In this document: positions 57,969 through 64,000 of the stretch, in pieces
Layout: each line of letters begins with the position of its first letter
Position numbering within the stretch: the stretch's first letter is position 1
Assembly (NCBI GenBank): GCA_963667465.2
Contig: CAXXDN010000001.1
Coordinates: forward strand, 960,001 to 1,024,000
Direction of reading: 5' to 3'
Source of the DNA: Dehalococcoidia bacterium
GTDB lineage: Bacteria > Chloroflexota > Dehalococcoidia > UBA2979
Length of the DNA: 64,000 bases
Position numbers and translations under genes: made by a program
The notes under the pieces: generated by a model
Told to the model about the DNA's origin: nothing
Database searches by the model: none
Seen by the model: only the letters and a program-made list of their open reading frames with translations

Positions 57969-60260
57969 TCAAATCTCGCCGAGCGCCTCGAGCACGCGCT
58001 CGGGGCTGAGCGGGAGGTGCCGCATCCGCACGCCAGTGGCGTCGTGCAGCGCGTTTGCGATGGCGCCGAGCGGCGGCACGATCGGCACCTCGCCCACACC
58101 GCGCACGCCGTACGGGTGTCCGGGGTTCGGCACCTCGATGAGCACCGTTTCGACCATCGGCAGGTCGACGGTGGTCGGCATGCGGTAGTCGAGCAGGCTC
58201 GCATTCCGCAGCCGGCCGTCCTCGTCGTAGATGTACTCCTCGCTGAGCGCCATGCCCGCGCCCTGCGAGGCGCCGCCCTGCATCTGGCCCTCGACATAAG
58301 AGGGATGCACGGCTGTGCCCACGTCCTGCACCGTCGTGTAGCGCAGGATGTCGACTTTCCCCGTCGCCGGGTCGACCTCGACGTCGACGATGTGCCCGGC
58401 GAAGCTCGGCCCCCACGTCGTCTCGTTCGAGTCGGCCTGGGCGGCGATGTTGCCGCCCGTCCCCGGCAGCTGGCCGGCAAGCTCCCTGAACGTGAAGGAG
58501 CGCGCGTTGCCGTCCTCGTCCGGCGGTCCGTGGATCGTGGCGTCCTCGCGGTACTCGACCTCCTGCGCGGGCACGTCCCAGATTCTCGCCGCGCGCCCCT
58601 GCAGCTTGCCCTGCAGCTCCTGCGCCAGCTTGTAGACGGCCCAGCCGGTCTTGAACGTCGTCGCCGATCCCGCCGTGAGGCCCGTGTAGCCGATCGATTC
58701 CGTGTCGACGACGTGCGGGCGCACGTCCTCGTAGGGGATGCCCATCGCCTCGGCCATGTGCATCGCGAGCGAGGCGCGCTGTCCGCCGATGTCGACCGAG
58801 CCGACGATCAGGCTCACGGTGCCGTCGGCGTTGATGCTGGCGGTGGCGGTTCCCTCGCCGCCGCCGTTGTACCAGTAGCCGATCGCCACGCCGCGGCCCT
58901 GGTATTCGCCGCCGAGCTCGGAGCGGTAGTGCTCGGAGTTGCGCACCGCCTCCATCACGTCGACCGCGCCGATCTTCGGGAAGGCGCGGCCGTCGAGGAC
59001 GCGCGTGCCCTCGCGCGCGGCGTTGCGGAGCCGCAGCTCCATCGGCTCGATGCCCAGCTCCTCGGCGATCTCGTCGAGCACGGATTCGACGGCGAGGGTC
59101 GGCTGGCAGGCGCCGGGTGCGCGGTAGGAGGAGACCTTCGGCTTGTTGAGCACCACGTCGTAGCCATCGACGCGTTCGTTGGGGATGTCGTACGGGCCGA
59201 ACACCGTCATGCAGCCACCGGCCACGGGCGAGGGCGGGTGCGAGCCCGCCTCGTAGGCGAGTTCCGCCTCCCCGGCCAGCAGGGCGCCGTCGCGCTTCGC
59301 GCCGATCTTGACGCGCACGTAGGTACCCGAGGTCGGCCCGGTTGCCGTCAGCACCTCCTCGCGGGAGAGCGTGACCTTCACCGGCCGTCCCGTGCGCTGC
59401 GAGAACAGCGCCGCGATCGGCTCCACGTACATGTAGAGCTTCCCGCCGAAGCCGCCGCCGATCTCGGTCGGCACGACGGTGATGTGCGCGGTCGGGATCT
59501 GCAGGATCACGGCGAGTTGGTCGCGGAAGTTGAACGCGCCCTGGCTGCTCGCCCAGACCGTGAGCTTCCCGTCGGGGCTCCAGTCGGCGACCGCACTCTG
59601 AGGCTCGATGTAGCCCTGGTGCGCCATGCCGGTGCGGAACTCGCGCTCGATCACGATGTCCGAGTCCTCGAAGCCCTGGTCCGGGTCACCCTTCTCGAGT
59701 GGCATGTGGCTGACGACGTTCGAGGGGTTGTCGTTGATCGGAGCGCCGGGCATGCCCCGCCCGAGCATCGTCACCGTGCGCAGCTCCTCGTGAAGGATCG
59801 GCGCGCCGTCGGCCATCGCCTCGAGCACGTCGAGGACGGGTGGCAGCGGCTCGTACTCGACCTCGATCAGGTCGAGCGCGTCCTCGGCGATGTGCGGGTC
59901 GGTCGCGCAGACGGCGGCGACGGCGTGGCCGTAGTGCAGCACCTTGTCCGAGGCCATGATCATGTCCTGGAACCACTTGCGCGTCGTGTGTCCGCGCATC
60001 GTGCGGATCATCTCCTCGCGATCGCCGGGGAAGTCCGCCGCCGTGATCACCGACTGGACGCCGGGCAGCGCCTCGGCCTTCGAGGTGTCGATCGAGAGGA
60101 TCCGGGCGTGCCCGTGGGGGCTGCGCTTGAGGCGGCCGTAGAGCATCCCCGGCAGCCGCGTGTCGGCGCTGTAGCCGGCGCGCCCCGTCACCTTCTCGAC
60201 GCCGTCCGGGCGCACCGGCCGTGTCCCCACCACTCGATGCGAGCGTTGTGCAGTCGTCAT
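57969..60260 (-). CDS. Xanthine dehydrogenase family molybdopterin-binding large subunit (CoxL-like)
   Basis: KVTGRA.Y, GGGFGGK, YRAPG, EGQMQGG, RGVGE. Confidence 0.93.
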   Translation of the reverse strand: MTTAQRSHRVVGTRPVRPDGVEKVTGRAGYSADTRLPGMLYGRLKRSPHGHARILSIDTSKAEALPGVQSVITAADFPGDREEMIRTMRGHTTRKWFQDMIMASDKVLHYGHAVAAVCATDPHIAEDALDLIEVEYEPLPPVLDVLEAMADGAPILHEELRTVTMLGRGMPGAPINDNPSNVVSHMPLEKGDPDQGFEDSDIVIEREFRTGMAHQGYIEPQSAVADWSPDGKLTVWASSQGAFNFRDQLAVILQIPTAHITVVPTEIGGGFGGKLYMYVEPIAALFSQRTGRPVKVTLSREEVLTATGPTSGTYVRVKIGAKRDGALLAGEAELAYEAGSHPPSPVAGGCMTVFGPYDIPNERVDGYDVVLNKPKVSSYRAPGACQPTLAVESVLDEIAEELGIEPMELRLRNAAREGTRVLDGRAFPKIGAVDVMEAVRNSEHYRSELGGEYQGRGVAIGYWYNGGGEGTATASINADGTVSLIVGSVDIGGQRASLAMHMAEAMGIPYEDVRPHVVDTESIGYTGLTAGSATTFKTGWAVYKLAQELQGKLQGRAARIWDVPAQEVEYREDATIHGPPDEDGNARSFTFRELAGQLPGTGGNIAAQADSNETTWGPSFAGHIVDVEVDPATGKVDILRYTTVQDVGTAVHPSYVEGQMQGGASQGAGMALSEEYIYDEDGRLRNASLLDYRMPTTVDLPMVETVLIEVPNPGHPYGVRGVGEVPIVPPLGAIANALHDATGVRMRHLPLSPERVLEALGEI

Positions 60261-60263
60261 GCC

Positions 60264-60593
60264 TCACCTCACTCCGTTGCGCGCGAAACAAAGCCAATGC
60301 CGAGACTGTACCGCGCCGCCGACCCGCGTGGGCGCGTGCCTCGGGGCTGCGAGGGCGGCTGCCGGCCAGAAGCGCTCGATCACCTCGTTGGCGATCCGCT
60401 CCAGCTCGCGCTTCGCCTCGTCGAGGTCGGGCTCGGCGAACGAAAAGTGGATCCGCGTTGCGCCGCGCTCGGCGACGCGCCGGACAGATTCGAGGTCAGG
60501 CGCGGCGCCCATGCGCAGCTCGGTCGCCGCCTCGTCGCGGCCGGCGGTGGCCGCCGCCTCGCGCCGCGGGTGCCGCGGGCGCGCAGGCGTCAT
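60264..60593 (-). pseudogene. Probable C-terminal remnant of an LLM oxidoreductase
   Basis: AGRDEAATELRMGAAPDLESVRRVAERGATRIHF...ELERIANEVI resembles LLM C-termini such as that of 54221-55093. Confidence 0.5.
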
Positions 60594-60638
60594 ACTGCGG
60601 GGCGAGGGCGCGGCGCCCGGAAGGCGAGGGCAGGCGGC

Positions 60639-61250
60639 ATGACCTCTCTGATCATCGTCAGCGACTTCATCTGACCGTGGTGCTACGTCGGCCTCGTGGA
60701 GGTCGAGAAGCTGCGGCGCGAGTACGAGCTGGAGGTCCAGTGGTGGCCGTTCCTGCTCGACGACTCGATTCCTCCCGAGGGCCGTGAGCGCGAGCCGCGT
60801 ACGAAGCCGGACGACCCGCCGACGCAGCTGGAGCTACGGGGCGAGCAGGTCGGCATCGCGTTCCGCCGCGGGCGCAGGTTCACGCCGAATTCGCACCTCG
60901 CCCTCGAGACCGCCGAGTACGCGCAGGAGATCGGCCACGACAGCGACGGGCTGCACCGCGCGCTCTTCGCCGCGCACTTCGAGGGCGAGGCGGACATCGG
61001 GGACCTCGAGACGCTGATCGAGATCGGCGGCGAACAGGGGCTCGACCGCGCTGAGCTGCGCGCGGTGCTGACGGAGGGGCGCTACCGTGCGCAGGTGGAC
61101 GAGCGCATCGCGATCGCCCGCGAGATCGGCGTGCGTGGCGTTCCGATGTTCATCTTCAACGAGCGCGATGCCGTCGTCGGCGCCCAGGAGTACGCCGTCT
61201 TCGAGCAGGTGCTGGAGCAACTCGAGGCACCCCGGCGCAACGGCGAGTGA
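60639..61250 (+). CDS. DsbA/FrnE-family selenoprotein (UPWC motif; Sec codon TGA at 60672-60674)
   Basis: MTSLIIVSDFI-TGA-PWCYVG is in frame with the tracked ORF; DsbA motifs PFLLD, PNSHLA, GVRGVPMF, GAQ. Confidence 0.88.
60688..60706 (+). promoter_or_regulatory. Putative bacterial SECIS hairpin
   Basis: tcggcctc-gtg-gaggtcga, 8-bp stem with one G-U and a G-leading loop 21 nt after the UGA. Confidence 0.7.
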
Positions 61251-61259
61251 GGCGCGCTG

Positions 61260-62486
61260 CTACTCGATCTTGCGCAGCGTCGACGAGCGCGCCAGCAGCG
61301 CCAGCGAGAGCAGCACGAGGGCGATGCCGGCGGCCGCGAATGTGGCCCGGGGGCCGTAGATGCTCGTCGCGATGCCCATCCCGAACAGCAGCAGCTGCGT
61401 GATGTTGAACTCCATCATGTAGATGCTCATCACGCGCCCTCGATGCGTGTTGCCGGCGAGGGTCTGCACGAGCACGTTCATCAGCCCGAGGTAGCCCGCC
61501 TGCCCGACGCCCACGAAGAGGATGATCACCAGCGACAGCCAGAACGTGGTCGAGGCGGCGAAGACAACCAGCGAGACGCCGAGCAGGACCGCGCTCGCCA
61601 GCATCAGCACGCCCCGGTTGCGGTTGGGGAGCGACGCCACGGTCAGCGATCCTACCACCGCCCCGACTCCCGAGACGCTGGTCAGCAGCCCGAGCTGCCC
61701 CGGACCGGCATCGAGCACCTCCTTGGCGAATCCGGGCAGCAGCACGAAGTGGCCGAGGCCCAGCAGGGCGAAGATCGGGTTGCAGATCAGCAGCACCGCG
61801 AGCGGCCGGTGTCCGGCCACGAAGCGGAAGCCGTCGGCCAGATCGCCGCGCAGCGAGGCGAGGGAGCGCGCTCGCGGCGTGCGGTCCGGGACGCGCACCG
61901 GGAACATGGTCACAACGGAGACCGCGTAGATGGTGAAGATCAGCACGTAGACGTAAGCCGCGCCGCCGATCGTGCCCGGGTCGCTGAGGACGCCGACCAT
62001 CCCGCCGGCGAGGCCGGGCATGAGCAGCTTCGCCGCGTTCTGGCTCGTGCTGTAGAGGCCCATCGCGTTCATCAGGCGCGCGGGCCCCACGACGTCCGGC
62101 GTCAGCGCCTGCCTCGAGGGCATCGTGAGGTTGTTGGACCCGCCGTGCAGCGCTGCCGCGATCAGCACGTGCTCCACGCGCAGCAGGTCACCGAACACCA
62201 ACAGCGCCAGTACGAGCGCGTTCACCCCGCTCAGCGCCTGCCCGATCTGCACGACGTGCTTGCGCTGCCGCACGAGGTCCGCGACCACCCCGCCGACCAG
62301 CGCCAGCAGCAGCCCCGTCATGCCGTTGATCAGCGACATCAGACCGAGCGCCGCGAACGAGTCCGTCAGCTCGAAGACCAGCCAGCCCCGCATGAACTGC
62401 TGCATGTCATTCGAGGTGAACCCCGTGAAGATCGAGGTCAGGAACCAGCGAAAGTTGCGGTCGTCCAGGGAACGGAACGTTCGCAA
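61260..62486 (-). CDS. MFS transporter (DHA3-like)
   Basis: GGVVAD, PSRQA, LMNAMGL, RGRVMS; start uncertain. Confidence 0.88.
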   Translation of the reverse strand: MRTFRSLDDRNFRWFLTSIFTGFTSNDMQQFMRGWLVFELTDSFAALGLMSLINGMTGLLLALVGGVVADLVRQRKHVVQIGQALSGVNALVLALLVFGDLLRVEHVLIAAALHGGSNNLTMPSRQALTPDVVGPARLMNAMGLYSTSQNAAKLLMPGLAGGMVGVLSDPGTIGGAAYVYVLIFTIYAVSVVTMFPVRVPDRTPRARSLASLRGDLADGFRFVAGHRPLAVLLICNPIFALLGLGHFVLLPGFAKEVLDAGPGQLGLLTSVSGVGAVVGSLTVASLPNRNRGVLMLASAVLLGVSLVVFAASTTFWLSLVIILFVGVGQAGYLGLMNVLVQTLAGNTHRGRVMSIYMMEFNITQLLLFGMGIATSIYGPRATFAAAGIALVLLSLALLARSSTLRKIE

Positions 62487-62549
62487 CCGGCCTCGCTCGC
62501 GCGCGTCGATGGCCGGCCCCCGTTCAGCGTCCCCGCGCCACGCCTGGCG

Positions 62550-63359
62550 CTACGCGCTGCTCTGCTCGAGGTAGTCCAACTCCTCGCGGATCCGCGCGGC
62601 GCGCTCCTCGATCCGGCCGCGCGAGTCGAGGTCCGTGAACAGGTAGCCGGCGTTGCGCAGGATCGCGTCGACGACCATCGCGCCGACCTCGGCGGGTTGC
62701 TGCCGGTGGTCGCGCGCGGGCGTGTCCATCGTCTTGTGCGGGCCGAAGCGCTCGGGGCGGTTGCGCTGGGCCTCGTAGAGGCGCGTCTGCACCGGGCCGG
62801 GGCAGACCGCCGTGACGCCGATCTCGTCGTCCGCCAGCTCCGCGCGCAGCACCTCCGTGAACCCGATCGCGGCCCCCTTCGAGGCGGTGTAGATCCCCAT
62901 CTCGCCATCGAGCCGCGGCGCGACGGGCGCCATCGAGACGGTGTTGACGATGTGCGCGGGCGCGTTCGCGCGCAGGTGCGGCAGGAACGCCCGCACGCCG
63001 CGCACCATGCCATGCACGTTCACGTCGAAGAGCCAGGACCAGTCGGCCTCGGTCGCCTCCGCCAGCGGCCCCAGCGTCATCACTCCGGCGTTGTTCACCA
63101 GCACGTGGACGGAGCCGAACGCCTCGATCGTGGCCTCGGCGAGGCTCTCGAGGTCGCCGGCGTCGGTCACGTCGGTGCGCCGGGCGATCGCCGGGTGGCC
63201 GGCGTCCCTGAGCACGGCTGCGACTGCTTCCGCCGCCAACCCCTCGATGTCCGCGACGACGAGGCGAGCGCCTGCCTCGGCGAGCGCCTCCGCGATACCG
63301 CGGCCGATTCCGCTTCCACCGCCCGTCACGACGGCGACCTTCCCGCGTAGCTCGTCCAT
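62550..63359 (-). CDS. SDR family oxidoreductase
   Basis: TGGGSGIG, NNAGV, YTASK. Confidence 0.93.
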   Translation of the reverse strand: MDELRGKVAVVTGGGSGIGRGIAEALAEAGARLVVADIEGLAAEAVAAVLRDAGHPAIARRTDVTDAGDLESLAEATIEAFGSVHVLVNNAGVMTLGPLAEATEADWSWLFDVNVHGMVRGVRAFLPHLRANAPAHIVNTVSMAPVAPRLDGEMGIYTASKGAAIGFTEVLRAELADDEIGVTAVCPGPVQTRLYEAQRNRPERFGPHKTMDTPARDHRQQPAEVGAMVVDAILRNAGYLFTDLDSRGRIEERAARIREELDYLEQSSA

Positions 63360-63439
63360 GGCTCAGTCCCCCACTACCGAGTGCGGCGACGGTACCACGC
63401 GGCCACGGCCGGCATTCGCGGCCGTGGTGGGGTGGACCG

Positions 63440-64000
63440 CTAGATCCGGAAGCGCCGGTCCACACCGCTGCGGCGCAACCGCAACTGCTCCCGCCGGCCC
63501 GCCTCGTCGATGCGTCGCGCGCCGTCCGGGAGTATCGAGGGCAGGTCGGCGAGCTTGACCAGCCTCGTGGCGGGGGTGGGCTGCGAATCGGCCTGCATCC
63601 AGCGCAGGCCGATGTGCCCCTCGCAGTGCCCGTCCGTGGCCAGCCAGTTGGGGACGCCCGGATCGTCGTGCGCGACGACGAGGATCACGGAGCCGTCCTC
63701 CTCCAGCACGGCCTGCGTGCCGTTGATGCTGGAGAGGTGGTAGCGGTAGTCGATCGAGGTCATCCAGTAGGTGTTCAGCTCGAAGTTCCAGTAGGAGCAC
63801 TCCGGGGGCGTGAACTCGATCAGCAGCGCCTCGTCCGGTTGCACCATGAAGTAGACGTGCTGTGGCAGCCCGCCGGGGGCGGCTCCGAGCTTGCGTGCCG
63901 TGGGCGATTCGAGGAAGCGGTTGGGCTGGGCGCGGTAGTGCTCCTGCCAGCCGCGCCAGTAGTCGACGGTCTCGTACACCTCCTCGACGGCCGCCTCCAG
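63440..64000 (-). CDS. DUF1214-domain-like protein, C-terminal part (runs off the window)
   Basis: PDEALLIE.TPP.C.YWNF.L..YW..SIDY, DPGVPNWL...GH..G....RW. Confidence 0.75.
   Translation of the reverse strand: MEAAVEEVYETVDYWRGWQEHYRAQPNRFLESPTARKLGAAPGGLPQHVYFMVQPDEALLIEFTPPECSYWNFELNTYWMTSIDYRYHLSSINGTQAVLEEDGSVILVVAHDDPGVPNWLATDGHCEGHIGLRWMQADSQPTPATRLVKLADLPSILPDGARRIDEAGRREQLRLRRSGVDRRFRI

Noticed and set aside
57969-60260. CO dehydrogenase call
   Set aside because: The active-site loop is YRAPG, not AYxCSFR.

Overview
This is a high-GC, gene-dense bacterial window. The gene content (six LLM oxidoreductases, four crotonases, two CaiB CoA-transferases, ETF with a FadF-like oxidoreductase, a thiolase-like/OB-fold cluster) resembles Chloroflexota Dehalococcoidia/SAR202-like heterotrophs, but that taxonomy is inference. 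I saw no rRNA, tRNA, CRISPR array or transposase. Main points: (1) a DsbA/FrnE-type selenoprotein with UPWC motif and SECIS-like hairpin that the ORF track truncates; (2) a roughly 12 kb minus-strand run joining CoA-ester catabolism and ETF/FadF with two membrane-anchored Rieske-like proteins lacking cluster ligands, two paralogous small unknown proteins and a CbbQ-type ATPase; (3) three near-identical Cys-less thiolase-fold genes with one intact OB-fold partner; (4) a pair of catalytically degenerate SDRs; (5) typA with an apparent ATC start; (6) unannotated gene remnants (sodC, ribokinase, redoxin, LLM, OB-fold). All family assignments come from motif recognition, not database searches.
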